This document shows, piece after piece, positions 24,629-37,700 of a stretch of DNA of 64,000 nt (positions within the stretch are counted from its first letter, which is position 1; each line of letters opens with the position of its first letter). The stretch is taken from assembly GCF_964355755.1 (NCBI RefSeq), contig NC_092676.1, forward strand, positions 3,573,888 through 3,637,887. Direction: 5' to 3'. The notes under the pieces were generated by a model, which searched no databases, was not told where the DNA came from, and saw nothing but the letters and a program-made list of their open reading frames with translations. Made by a program: the position numbers and the translations under genes. This stretch comes from Antedon mediterranea (taxonomy: Eukaryota > Animalia > Echinodermata).

Positions 24629-26152
24629 ATGGCTCATTCTCAATATTGGACATTGCTGTTCTTCAAGTTTCTGATTATATTTCATATATCTCACCGTTGT
24701 CGTGCGCAGTACTACAATTTTACAGAACATCCACAATCGGTTCTCGTTGCAGACGGACAAACTACAACGCTATCGTGTGAATGGACACCATCATTGAATA
24801 ACAACCATCTCGTAACATGGACATACGATCGTGTTAATAGTCCTAAACGAATTGAAATTTCAGATACAAAATACGCATTAATGAACGAAGCAACATCTTC
24901 AAGTCTTTCCATTTCTAATGTTGGCTCTGGTGACGTAGGCAACTACATTTGTGAGATCTTCGAATGTGATTCATACAACAGTGTCTCATCTTCTACATTT
25001 GCTTCTCTAGTATTAGGAGAATTGATATGTAATCCGGAGAATATTGTTGATATAGGAACAACGCTGATATGCTCCTTCACCTCTTCTGATAATTCATATA
25101 TTATTAATTTACTATGGTATAACAACGGAAAACAAATAACTTCGGGACAACAACAAAACAATGATTTAGAATCAACGGCTCTGACTGCCGAAGACGAAGG
25201 AGGTGTATTTACTTGTAAAGCCACCATCGGATTTCAAAGTCAAGCGACAGGAACTTGTGAAACTACTCCACTAGTATTTCCAATAGATGCAGAGATTCAA
25301 CAATCACCACCAGGTCCACTTCAGGTTGGTGATAGCTTTAATCTTACCTGCGTAGGGAAAGGTAATCCTGAAAATTATAATTACGAATGGACGTGGAATA
25401 ACAACCCAGTAGAATCTATGACAGATAGTCGATTTGCAATTGGCAATATGGTTATTGTGAATACTGTATCAGGCAGTGACAATGGCAAAATGGTTTCTTG
25501 TATTATTAGTAGTGGTGCTTACAGAAGTATAGCGAGCTATACAATAAACATTTTGGATCAGACGTCGAGTACAACTACAAGTATGTCGACACCAGATAGG
25601 CCTACACGTACGCAAAAACCAATTACGGCGGTCAGACTCACAATACCTGATGACCCGGATGACATTTCAACAACAGTAATGACTACACGTTTAGAGTCGA
25701 CACTAGATACACGACGTACGCCAACATCAATTACACATCAACTATCAACACATAATGTCTCGGAAGACGTTTCCACAACAATAGACCTAGCGAATACACG
25801 TCTACACACAACACCTGTTACTGTAACGCGTTCTATTACAGAAATCCTAACGGTTGTAATTATCGTAGTTGCAATTTTACTGGTCGTTTCTTTGATAATA
25901 ATAATAAGTTTGTGTGTTTATATGCAAAAAAGAAAAAAGAAAAACACAACTCCTTCAAATCGACTGTCAAATAATCTCGAGCACGTTTACGATTACATTA
26001 TGTCATCGAGCGCACACGTGACCTCGACAGCCAGTGACACTAAGTATGATTATGTCATACACCCATTCACACGCAATACGGAGGAATCCACTCCTGAGTA
26101 CCTTGAATTGGACGATGGTTTCCAAGATGGCGCACCAAAAATTTATATCTAA
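24629..26152 (+). CDS. Single-exon IgSF receptor, class E, tail shortened by deletion
   Basis: Full SP-3xIg-mucin stalk-TM; ends GAPKIYI* because ~240 bp present in the 47092 copy are missing. Confidence 0.85.
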   Translation: MAHSQYWTLLFFKFLIIFHISHRCRAQYYNFTEHPQSVLVADGQTTTLSCEWTPSLNNNHLVTWTYDRVNSPKRIEISDTKYALMNEATSSSLSISNVGSGDVGNYICEIFECDSYNSVSSSTFASLVLGELICNPENIVDIGTTLICSFTSSDNSYIINLLWYNNGKQITSGQQQNNDLESTALTAEDEGGVFTCKATIGFQSQATGTCETTPLVFPIDAEIQQSPPGPLQVGDSFNLTCVGKGNPENYNYEWTWNNNPVESMTDSRFAIGNMVIVNTVSGSDNGKMVSCIISSGAYRSIASYTINILDQTSSTTTSMSTPDRPTRTQKPITAVRLTIPDDPDDISTTVMTTRLESTLDTRRTPTSITHQLSTHNVSEDVSTTIDLANTRLHTTPVTVTRSITEILTVVIIVVAILLVVSLIIIISLCVYMQKRKKKNTTPSNRLSNNLEHVYDYIMSSSAHVTSTASDTKYDYVIHPFTRNTEESTPEYLELDDGFQDGAPKIYI

Positions 26153-27164
26153 AGCAAACGTTAGAAGTATACAGTATGGAACTTAATCAAGTTAATCAAT
26201 CATTGTATAGAAAGCACTATCCCACAGAGGTCTTGTTTAACATATACATTTAACAAGATACATTTTCGAAGAAAAACAAGTACATTGTAATTCTCATTAT
26301 ACGAAGGACAAACTGGAAACTGCACCATGGATCTAGTTTAAGTTTTAAAAAGGATATGCTTTTAAATAAATTGTTATATAATATTACAACATTTATTGTA
26401 TATAAACCACTACCACCACCATGGTCTAATATAAATCTAAATAAATAAATAAGTGTACAGTTATATACATTTAAAATAGAATAAACTGTAGGCAGTTAGG
26501 CGTTATAGCAAAACATTAATTAAGCTTGTATAGACGCAACAAAAGCGAGTTGACCAATGACAAGCGACAGTTCGAATAATACATTGCTTATGATTGATCA
26601 AATCGCTTACGTTGCTTTACGTCCTTGTGTTGCGTCTCTAGTGGGAACCAAGCATTAGGGGAAAATGTACGCAATAGTAGTACAAAAATTATATATTATT
26701 TAAGGAAGCAATATAGATGAACAGATTATGGTTAAATAACATAGTATAAAATGACTCCATGTAACGAGGGGAAAGCCATGCTTCAACGTTGATATCTATT
26801 TGATCATCATCAGGAATCGATGATCAAATAAAGATTGAAACGTTGAATGGCTTGCCTCTCCTTATTATTTAAGGAAACAATAACACTAGATTATTAACGA
26901 GCAATATGACAAGAATAACACAGGAATTAGGGAGGCAGGAAGTTTTACGAAACTTTTTTAAAATGTATTGCTTTATCAAGTTGTCCGGTATCGTGTTTTG
27001 TTTTCACTTTCATAGATGATTCTAAGTGTACAATGAACTAACAAAATAATGCCAGTAAATTATCTAATATATCAACATATTGGAAACGAATTATAATATA
27101 ATTACTCTAAATGATATAATGTATACAAATTTACACTGTCTACAAAGTTTAATAGTTCACCCTA

Positions 27165-27300
27165 AACATTGGACTATGTTGTTTTACAAAATTATGCTTG
27201 ATGACATTAAATTATTATACACTTGTTAAAAACCACTGATATCGGTTATCGTTGCGAAAAGACAAACACCAACGTTATCGTGTGAATGGACACCAGATCT
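27165..27300 (+). pseudogene. Decayed signal peptide/Ig1 fragment
   Basis: 27242-27298 translates SVIVAKRQTPTLSCEWTPD, matching SVLVAEGQTATLSCEWTP. Confidence 0.75.
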
Positions 27301-28044
27301 ATGTATATGTTTCCATCTAATTGTAGCCTTACATAAATTTAGTCAAACTAAGTGTTCAATGCTTACAAAACAAAGGAGGGGCCAATGCGGGGTTGAGGGT
27401 TACACATTTACTGTCATTACACCTAGAGGTCTAGTTCTGCAGCTAAATCTTGTTCATTAGTTTAGAAAATCAAATCGTAAACCACGCTCTCTAAGAGAAG
27501 ACAGGCACTTAATCAGTAATTATATCTTCGCATAAAAAGAACAATATCTTTCTACATATTTTTAAATCAATAGTATGTTGAAATTACTGTATTTGACAAT
27601 GCAGTGTTAATGTTCAGAATTGTGTAACTCTTATTCTTGTCAGCATTTATATTCCTGTCGTGTGTGGCAGCAGATAGCAACTTGCATAAAAGAAACAGGA
27701 ATGATGAAACGTTTTAGTTCTAAGTTACTCGATAGGGGGCGGTGTGCATTATTACTAGTTTTACCTATATAGAATGCAATATGTTAAAATAACTTTATAC
27801 AGGTTACGTAGTTGATGCAAATATCACTTTAGCAGGAACACGCTACAATACAGTACACAGTAATCAGAACGACTGAGTGTTACAAAGTATTACTTGTACC
27901 AACGTGTGTACAGCAATTATATAGTATTAAGGAATACAGTATCGTTAAATTTGGTTTACGATTATGGACATTTATTATTCGTATAATCTTGAACTTGATA
28001 AGTAAGTAAATCGATCACGGAACTTAACCGTCGCATTGTTTATA

Positions 28045-29544
28045 ATGGCTCATCATCAACATTGTACATTGCTGTTGTACAAGTGCCTGATTATATTGTA
28101 TAGTGTATTTCACTGCTGTTGTGCACAATCCTATACTTTTACAAAACAACCCCAACCTGTTCTTGTTGGACATGGACAAACAGCAACGTTATCGTGTGAA
28201 TGGACACCTGAATTGAATGAAAACCATTATGTTGCATGGAGATACTATCCTGTTGGTAGAACGGTTCAATTAATTAAAAGTTCAACGTCAAAATACATTT
28301 TCACAAAAGGTGCAACATCTTCAAATCTTTCCATTGTGAATGTTGGTCCTAATGATATAAGAGGAGAATACAGGTGTAATATCTTCATTGGTTATGGTGT
28401 ATATATTATTTCTAAAGTTAGTTATGTAGTGATAGGAGTGTTAACATGCAATCCAGAATATGATAATGGTGAAATAGGAACAACGATGACATGCTCTTAT
28501 ACTACTAATTTTGTATATGATATCGATTTACTATGGTATAAAGACGGGAATGAAATTACTTCAGCAGTACAACAAAATGATATCAAAGAATCAAGAGCTT
28601 TGACTAGTGACGACGATGGAGCTGTATTTACTTGTCAAGCCAGACTCGCAAATCAAGTGATAGGAACTTGTGAGACTACTCCGCTAATATTGAACATAGA
28701 TGCAAAGATTGAACAATCACCACCAGGTACACTTCAGGCTGGGAATAGGTTTACCCTTACCTGTTTAGGGAACGGTAATCCTGATTACTATGAATGGACG
28801 TGGAATGGCAAACCTATAGGATCGTCGACAGATAAAAGTCGATTTGCAATAGGTAATGTGCTTACTGCGATGAGAGTATCAATCAATGCCAATGGAAAAA
28901 TAGTTACTTGTACTATTAATCGCAGTGGTCGTAACAGCAGTACAGCGAGTTATACAATAAACGTTCTACAGAGCATTTCGAGTAGGCCTACTACTACACA
29001 TTTGCAAACAACGCCAGGTAGACGTACGCGACAAGTCGTTACAGACAAACTACTACCAACTACACACTTACACACTACACGTTTACAGTCGGCACGTACG
29101 CAACAAGTCGTTACTGACAAACTACTACCAACTACACGCTTAAACACTACACGTTTACAGTCGACACGTACGCAACAAGTCGTTACAGACAAACTACTAC
29201 CAGCTACACGCTTACACACTACACGTTTACACACTACACGTACGCAACGATTCATTAAAGACCAACTCTTAGCAACTAATATATCGGTTGTCGAGCCCCC
29301 AACACTAATGGTTGTAATTAGTGTACTTGCAATTTTACTCGTAGTTTCTTTAATATTAATAATATACATGTATTTGCAAAAAAGAAACGTATCTAGAGAC
29401 AACATAATTCCTTTAAATCGACCACCGAAAAATATTGGACACATTTACGATTATATTGCGTCTTCAGACACACAGATGACACACACACGTATGCTTATGC
29501 CATATATATCCGTGTACACGCATTACAGAGAACACAAGTGCTGA
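28045..29544 (+). CDS. IgSF receptor with expanded stalk and frameshifted class-B tail
   Basis: Intact through the TM helix. A 16-bp deletion at ~29478 relative to the 6003 gene shifts the tail; the original tail continues out of frame to ~29770. Confidence 0.8.
   Translation: MAHHQHCTLLLYKCLIILYSVFHCCCAQSYTFTKQPQPVLVGHGQTATLSCEWTPELNENHYVAWRYYPVGRTVQLIKSSTSKYIFTKGATSSNLSIVNVGPNDIRGEYRCNIFIGYGVYIISKVSYVVIGVLTCNPEYDNGEIGTTMTCSYTTNFVYDIDLLWYKDGNEITSAVQQNDIKESRALTSDDDGAVFTCQARLANQVIGTCETTPLILNIDAKIEQSPPGTLQAGNRFTLTCLGNGNPDYYEWTWNGKPIGSSTDKSRFAIGNVLTAMRVSINANGKIVTCTINRSGRNSSTASYTINVLQSISSRPTTTHLQTTPGRRTRQVVTDKLLPTTHLHTTRLQSARTQQVVTDKLLPTTRLNTTRLQSTRTQQVVTDKLLPATRLHTTRLHTTRTQRFIKDQLLATNISVVEPPTLMVVISVLAILLVVSLILIIYMYLQKRNVSRDNIIPLNRPPKNIGHIYDYIASSDTQMTHTRMLMPYISVYTHYREHKC
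29024..29245 (+). repeat. In-frame 72-bp tandem repeat x3 (Thr-rich stalk)
   Basis: acaagtcgtt recurs at 29031, 29103 and 29175; unit QQVVTDKLLPTTRLNTTRLQSTRT. Confidence 0.9.
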
Positions 29545-31004
29545 ATACATTGAAGTAGAAGACAGTTCCCATGAGAGCCCACAAAAACCAGAACAAAATA
29601 TGACCGCAGTCGAGAACGATGATGTGTCCTTACAACCAACGGATATTTGCAGCAAAGAGGCCACGTACGAAAATGGTCAATTGCGTACCGGTATCAAAGG
29701 CATAGCAACTTCTGACAATGTGACAATTAAGTACGAAAATACTAAATCATCTACGCATCTACAGGAAATATAATTTACTTTTTAAGAAAAAGGCGCAAAA
29801 AGACAAAACGCATAAGCCTGCCATTAATATCAAAGAATGACATTAAAGAAAAGAAATAAAGCAGAAACTATACAAATTCTGGAAACTTCGAAAATGTCGA
29901 CGTTCATGGAAGTGGATGGCAGAAATATGAATGTGAGCGTGATCGTCAAAAATGGTCTATGATGGTTCTCTATAAAACATTATATATATTATATAATTAT
30001 AATTGTTATTGATAGTTATTTACACGTTACAAGTAATTTTGTGAATATGCATTTAATAAATAAATATCATCCGGTATTACACACGATGGAAATTAAGCTA
30101 TCTTTTTCTTTGTTAATTTTTTTAAATATAAGATAGCAAAAAACTTTAACTTAATAAAGTTAATGAAGGTAACAATTAAAAGTGAAACCATTAATTTGTT
30201 TAATACTTTTTTACTATGTTATTATTTTTTAAAAACAAAAAACTAAATTATAAGCGAGCAACACGACAAGAAAAACAAAGAAACAATTTGTTTTGTTATT
30301 GTTTTAACTCTAGATTTGTCTTGCCTTTCGGTTCAATGCTCAGTTAATTGCTAAATTCGCACGAAATACGGAGCTGTTCAATTCTTAATAGAACTGTCGC
30401 TTATTTAACAAAACGGCGCCTAGGTAGAGTTAGGCGTACATTTTGTTTTACGGTAAATGTAAATATAGTAGGCCTACCTTATTCCATAATGAATAACAAA
30501 AATAGATTTCATTGAATACATAATTTTTTTTAGATCATGTATGTGATTGTTATTATAGGAGAGGAAACAAATTTGATAAAGTATATCTAATATACCTAAT
30601 AGACTTTAGGCAAGAACTAAATTATTCAGTTATTTACACGTTAAAAGTTTGTAATTTTGTGAATATACATTTAATAAATAAATATTATCAGGTAGTACAC
30701 ACATTGGAAAGAAAGATATCTTATTATTTGCTAATTTTTGTTAAAAGATAGAAAACAACTTTAATTTGATAAAGTTAATGAAGAAAAAACATTAAAAGTA
30801 AATTCATTAATTTCTTTTATTATTGCTTTAACTCTAGATTTGACTTGCATTTCGGTTCAATGTACAATTTACATTCACACGGAAGACGGAGTCGTTCAAT
30901 TCTTTATAGAATGTATCTATTATTTAACAAAATGGCGCCTTTGACTCCGTGAAACGGAACAAGTTAGGCGTACATTTTATTTTACAGTAATGTAAATATA
31001 GTAT

Positions 31005-31323
31005 TTGTTTGTTTGTTTGTTTTATCTTTATACTGGGTGACCTCTTCAGCCAAAAACTGATCTCCAAGAGGGCCCAGTTGGTGATCAGTGGCTGTGATGT
31101 ACTAATACACCGGGGTAACCCCCTACTCATCTCGAAAGATGTACTAGGTTCTTTAAAGTGCACACGAGAAAGTTGTGTACACTGGACCTACGGTTTATAG
31201 TCCTTATCCGAGAAGACTCGTTCTACCACCAGAACCATGGAGTGAGTGAGCCTCGAACCCCTGCCGATGTTATGGCTACGTGATTACGGTTCCACTGTCT
31301 TAACCGCTCGGCCACTCACTCAC
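31005..31323 (-). mobile_element. tRNA-derived SINE
   Basis: Minus strand has A box TGGCCGAGCGGTTAAG, B box GGTTCGAG and an (AAAC)n tail; absent from the adjacent duplicate at ~30470. Confidence 0.75.
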
Positions 31324-32655
31324 TTAAAGGCCTACCTTATTTCATAATGAATAACAAAAATATATTTCATTGAATATATAATTATTTTTTTAGATTATGA
31401 TTGTCATCGTAAAAGAGCAAACAAATTTAACTTTTAATAAAAGTATGTATTATTACATAAAACTGAGATCAACGGTAACGACAATAAGGAAAGAAAGTTG
31501 TAAATACAGATAATTATGATTTTGCGAACGAATTTATAAATGTGAAAGGCTATTAGTGAAGCTGATGAAACTCAATATGGAAACAAAGAAAATGCCAAGT
31601 TCTTGATACTTTCTACATTTAGAAAATTGCTCAAAATAACTGTCCCCTAATGGACCTTGTTTAAAGGTATCTAGAGTAGAGGAACAAATAATACATTAAT
31701 TCGTTTTCTTAATTATTGATCAATAACTCACTAATATGTAAAATATATATAAGAACTCATGGACAGCATTAACTAAATGAAAAAAGACTAAAAATAAAAA
31801 AAACACGAATTTATAAAACATAATAATAACCTAATGAACAGAAGAAGAAAAACAAATACAAGACTAACTAAACATAGCTTATATGGACAAAAAATAAATG
31901 AAAAGACATCGTTAATAATTGAAATAAAAAAAAACGAAATATTTCTAAAGACAAAAATCATGATATATGTAAGAAAGTTAGAATTGCTTTTTCAAATAAT
32001 TTAGTTATAGTGTGCTAAGTGAAGACCAATTAATTTCAATTCAATTAGTGGTTATTATTATATTTAATATAACTACGACCGCCAGAGAAAGCAAAACTTT
32101 CCTAAATAAAATAATAGGCTTCTCCTTATCTATTCATATAGAACCAGAAATACAAATGTGAAATCATATAAACGAAGATGCGACAATAACAAAAATCGTT
32201 TTCAACATTAATGTAGATCTCAACAATACATTACAACACAGGGATACTTCAGTTTTAGTCAAAATCGTCACTCTAGAGGGCGGTATACAGTTGTACTACA
32301 GGAGCTTCCCCTATTTTACAATAATGGAATAAGATATGTTTACAAAACTTTAGTGCGGATGCGCAGTTATTTCTGTATATAGCATGTGACCAGGTTTGAT
32401 GTATCAATACAGTGACTAGATACAGTACAGGAATCAGATCGAGTGAGTGCTTAAACTGAGTACGATTTTATAACAACGCGAGTATCGACTAACAATAAGG
32501 CTTATTAAAAAACATTGTTTGATCATCAGAATTTACCTACGTTTATTTGTATACGTTTTAATTTTACCATGAATATCTAGTTTGGAAATTGATTTAAACT
32601 GAACTAAAGTAATATTAGAAGCTGAACTAGAAACTACAAAATCGCAGTGTTTATA

Positions 32656-34128
32656 ATGACTCATCATCATTGCTTGCTGTGCCTGATTGTATTGTGTAGT
32701 ATATTTTACGAATGTTTTGCACAAATATATGTCTTCACAGAAGGCCCGAAATCAGTTCTTGTTGTTGAAGGAAACACAGCAAGTCTATCGTGCGAATGGA
32801 GACCAGAATTGTATGAACGACATATCTGTCAATGGTTATTCTTCCCTCATGATGGTGGTCAGGCTCAATCAATTAGAATGTCAAATTCAAAGTACAATTT
32901 AATAAATAACGCAACATCTTCGAATCTTTTTATTTCCAATGTTGCTTCTGATGACGTGGGATACTACAAGTGTGAGATCAACGGAATTATTAATGAATAC
33001 AGTTTATCTGATCCGGCTGCCGTAATGATAGGAGAAATAAGGTGCAATCCAGAATATGATAATGGTGAAATAGGAACAACGATGTCATGTTCTTATCTTT
33101 CTTCTTATCCTTCAAATGATATTTATTTACGATGGTATAAAGACGGAAATATAGTACTATCAGACACACAAGACAAACACGTTATAGAATCAAGAGCTTT
33201 GACTGCTGAAGACGATGGCGCTGTATTTTCTTGTAAAGCCACACTGGTATCTCAAATTCAAGTGATAGGAACTTGTGAAATTACGCCGCTAGTATTGACT
33301 ATAGATACAGAGATTGAACAATCACCACTAGGTCAACTTCAGGTTGGTGATAGCTTTAATTTTACCTGCTCAGGGAAAGGAAATCCTGATTACTATGATT
33401 ATAAATGGACGTGGAATGACAAACCAGTAGGATCGTCGCCAAATAAAAGACGATTTGCAATAGGTAATGTGCTTACTGCGATGAGTGTACCAAGCAGTGC
33501 TAATGGCAAAAACGCTACTTGTACCATTAGTCGTAGTGGTCGCAACAGCAGTACAGCGAGATATACAATCAACGTGCTAGAGAACATTTGGAGTAGGCCT
33601 ACAACTACACGATTGCAAACAACACCAGATAGACGTACGCAACAACTCATTACAGACCAAATCTCAGTAACTAATATCTCATCGGGTGACGAGCCCCCAA
33701 CACTAATGGTTGTTATTAGTTTACTTGCAATTTCACTTGCAATTGCTTTAATATTAATAATATACATGAAAATACAAAAGAGGAACTTAGCTAGGGACAA
33801 CACAATTCCTTCAAAACGACCGACGACTAACATTGGACACAATTATGATTACATTACGTCATCAGACACACACGTGACCACGCCAGTCAATGACATAGAT
33901 AATAAATACGATTATGCCGTATATCCGTGCACACGCAATGAGAAAATCGTCACTGCTGAATATATTGAGGTAGTCAACTTTTCCAAACATGACCCAGCAA
34001 ATCCAGAAAGTAATAGCGCGGCTGAGAACGATAACGTAGCATTGCAACCAACAGATATTTCCAGCGAAGAGCCAAAGTACGAAAATAATAAACTACGTGT
34101 TAAACGCTACAAGCATGACAACGTCTGA
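32656..34128 (+). CDS. Single-exon IgSF receptor, chimera of 13334-type (5') and 16743-type (3')
   Basis: Uninterrupted ORF. Ig3 and stalk match 13334; TM end, tail and 3' flank match 16743. Confidence 0.9.
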   Translation: MTHHHCLLCLIVLCSIFYECFAQIYVFTEGPKSVLVVEGNTASLSCEWRPELYERHICQWLFFPHDGGQAQSIRMSNSKYNLINNATSSNLFISNVASDDVGYYKCEINGIINEYSLSDPAAVMIGEIRCNPEYDNGEIGTTMSCSYLSSYPSNDIYLRWYKDGNIVLSDTQDKHVIESRALTAEDDGAVFSCKATLVSQIQVIGTCEITPLVLTIDTEIEQSPLGQLQVGDSFNFTCSGKGNPDYYDYKWTWNDKPVGSSPNKRRFAIGNVLTAMSVPSSANGKNATCTISRSGRNSSTARYTINVLENIWSRPTTTRLQTTPDRRTQQLITDQISVTNISSGDEPPTLMVVISLLAISLAIALILIIYMKIQKRNLARDNTIPSKRPTTNIGHNYDYITSSDTHVTTPVNDIDNKYDYAVYPCTRNEKIVTAEYIEVVNFSKHDPANPESNSAAENDNVALQPTDISSEEPKYENNKLRVKRYKHDNV

Positions 34129-34242
34129 CAATGTAAAAACCAAGTACGAAAATATTTACGCGCTGGCCATCAGTGAGGATAAATACAATGACGTCATATT
34201 GAGGATCACAGAAGCGCATACTGACGACGCAAACGAGTATGA

Positions 34243-34670
34243 AAATGGATTAGAACGATTAAACCAGTAAACTCTGTTATCTAAATGGACTAGTACGATT
34301 AAACCAGTAAAATCTGTTAACTAAATGGATTAGTACGATTAAACCAGTAAACTGTGTTATCTAAATGGATTAGTACGATTAAAAACCGTAAACTCTGTTA
34401 TCTAAATGGATTACTACGATTAAATCTGTAAACTCTGTTATCTAAATGGATTAGTACGATTAACCCAGTAAACTCTGTTATCTAAATGGATTAGTACGAT
34501 TAAACCAGTAAACTGTGTTATCTAAATGGATTAGTACGATTAAAAACCGTAAACTCTGTTATCTAAATGGATTACTACGATTAAATCTGTAAACTCTGTT
34601 ATCTAAATGGATTAGTACGATTAACCCAGTAAACTCTATTATCTAAATTGATTAGTACGATTAAAAACAG
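34243..34670 (+). repeat. Second array of the 40-bp minisatellite (~10 copies), cut by a LINE tail
   Basis: Same unit as 18414-19152; ends at (TTA)n. Confidence 0.95.
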
Positions 34671-34791
34671 TTATTATTATTATTATTATTACTGCCTTTC
34701 CGCTGAAAAGTCTGTCGACATTTCCGCTTGGGCTGCTTCGTAAATCTCTTTTACTAGTTTCTCCCAGTCTGATCTTTCATTGGCTAGTTAA

Positions 34792-37700
34792 GAGCCATTG
34801 TCTGTAAAAATCAAAGATTTGGTGGCAGATGTAAAAAATGGATTTCGCTCAAATGTTTACCATGAATAGACATTTCAATAAAAAGCATATCTACAACATT
34901 CATTTTAATTTCTAGCCTCCGTTGCCATGACAACGGTCAATTATCCAAATTTTGATGTTTTTGCCACTTTTCAGATTTTCTATAGTGAAAAAGTACAAAC
35001 TTGTAGGCCTATACTTATTTTAACCAAAAATACTTACAGTATACAGTTTTTGTTTATAGCAGTGTAAACAACATGTATTGAGTTCCTTTTAATGTAGAAA
35101 AAAAAAAATTACAAAATGGAGTTTGGTTGATACCATTATTTTAAAAAGGGGTGTTTAAAAATTTTTTTATTTATAAAAGTATACCTCATAAACGTACCTA
35201 TAACTTCCAAAGTGGTGTTTTTATATCAATGAACTTTTGTAATTTGATAGTCAATAGGTTTGTCAACAATAATCATGAAAAAAACACTGGGGTAAATTTC
35301 GTACATATGTTTTGTGTTGCCAGGAAAATACGAAAAATACAAACAAAATATCAACAAACAAAACACATGAAAAACAATTTAAATATGGCTAATACAATAA
35401 TAAAATGTATATATGGCTTGTCATAATGCTACTAGAGTCATACGAATAGTCTAGATAAAATAGGAGAATGTGTTGCCAGGTTTATTTCAATTAATTGCCA
35501 GAAAAAACAGTATTTTGCATTGAAATATTTAGTTTATGAAAAATAATGTTAAACTTCGAAATAATTGCGTCAATGGTTTTTATAAATTTTTAAATCTATT
35601 TTGTGTAAAGAGATACAGAAAGACCTCCCAAAAAATCTGACCTTGTAAATAGGTCATTTGAGGTCAAAAGGGGTCAGAATGCAAAACAGGACAGGTTCCC
35701 ACTTTACTACAACTATTAATGTTTGATAAAAATTTACAAGGTAGTTCATAAAAATTTATCAACAATTTTCATTTTTTACCTATATTGTTACCTTAGCAAC
35801 CATTTCTATGTGTAACTAAGGAAAGTAATTTTTAAAAAAAACGTAATGGCGTTTTTATGAATACAAAGAATTTATTGCATTTGTAATTTGTCTCAATTTT
35901 ACTTCTACTGCATTCAAATAATCTTAAAGTGATGACAAACTTGACCTTGTAAATTCATTCATTTTGAGGTCAAATGAGGTCAACATTTTACCATAGTAAC
36001 TGTTTCTATGCGAAAATATTTAAAAAATAAGGGGTTTTTCATAAATACAAAACATTTTTTCTACATAGTTTTACATTTCTACTTTTTGCCAAATTTACTT
36101 TAAATACTGAATCCTAATAATCTCAGAAAGAAAGTCTTGACAAATCTGATTAAAGGTAAAAAATTGACCTTCAGTGTTATCTTAAACCTGTTTACGTAAC
36201 TAAGGAAAATTTTTTTTAAAATAAAATATGGAGTTTTCATGAAAAAAAAAATTATATTTTACATATTGAGGTCAAATGACATCAACATTTTACCTATAGT
36301 GTACTGTAGCAACTGTTTCTATACGTAACTAAGTACAATATTTTTAATATGGGGTTTCATGACTACAAACAATTTATTACAAAGCTTTACTACTTTTTCC
36401 CAAATTTAATTACCTACTGAATCCCAGAAAATGTCTGACCTTGTGAAAGGGTCATTTGTTGGGTCAAATTATGTCAAAATGTATTATTTATGTTATCTTA
36501 GAACCTGTTTCTATGCGTAACTAAGGATAATTGTTTTTCTAAATACAGTTGAACCTCCCGTAAGTGGCCATCCTCGGGACCTGGAAAAGTGGCCGCTTAC
36601 GCGCGGTGACCCCTTACGGGAGGTTCTGCCGATAAAGGGCCAAAATCACGTATTATGGCTATACACGATATTCTTAACGAAAAGAGCCTCTCAATTTTCC
36701 AGCTAATTGTATTATTATTTATAATCAGGTGGTTTAGTATTTTTTAGCATTTTCAGAAAAATTTTAAAAGCTTTTATCATATGAAAAATGGTCAAAATCT
36801 GTGTAGTTTTCTCATCTCTTCACAATAATGTTTTTAAAACCGCTTCGAAATAAAGCTAATATATAAAGAAATACAATAAACATGGACCTCTAATTCATAG
36901 ATCCATGCAATAAGTATCACATTTTCGGGTGGCCGCTTACGGGAGGTCATTTATCATACAAAAAATCTCATTTTTAGTCGCGTGGACGCGACTCTATAGT
37001 TCACTATGTCGGTCGGTCTGTCTGTCGGTCCGGTATCACTATGCGTTTTAGCACGCGACTTATGACTGTTGGCCTTGTTAGCATAAAAGGTGCCCGCAGC
37101 TGCTTACGGGAGGTGGCCGCTTACGGTAGGTACCAAATGCACTAATTAGATAGGAAGAACAAACAGGCTTTTCAAATTGCGTCCGTTAAGGGAGGTGGCC
37201 GCTTACGAGAGTCCTTACGAATATGACCTTGTGAAACTGTAATTTGAAAATGCAAATAAGGCATACCTGCTAATAATCTACAAATTTAAATTTGTATAAG
37301 ATAAGTATAAAAAATCTAAAGAATATCTCAATTACCATAGTAACTGTTGCTATGCATAACTAAGGGAAATTGAATAATTATCAGATAATTATTAATTAAT
37401 AATTAATACTGAATCCAACCATCACAGTAAAAAAAATATAGAATTTAAAACCAATATTTAATATAAAGTGTGATATTTTACATACTGACCTTAAATGAAA
37501 TGAAATTTCACATCAGGGCTTCAATATTTGTTATGTAGCATTAACATACCTGAGTATATCATTGACTTTTGATTGGTTCAATTTTGGGGAGGGGAAAGTG
37601 GTGGATCCAGAAGTTTGAAATAGTTAGGGGGTTGGAGGCGAGGGTTTAAAAACTTTGTCATATCTTTTGCATTGCAATTTTTAACTTGGGGTGGGATGGA

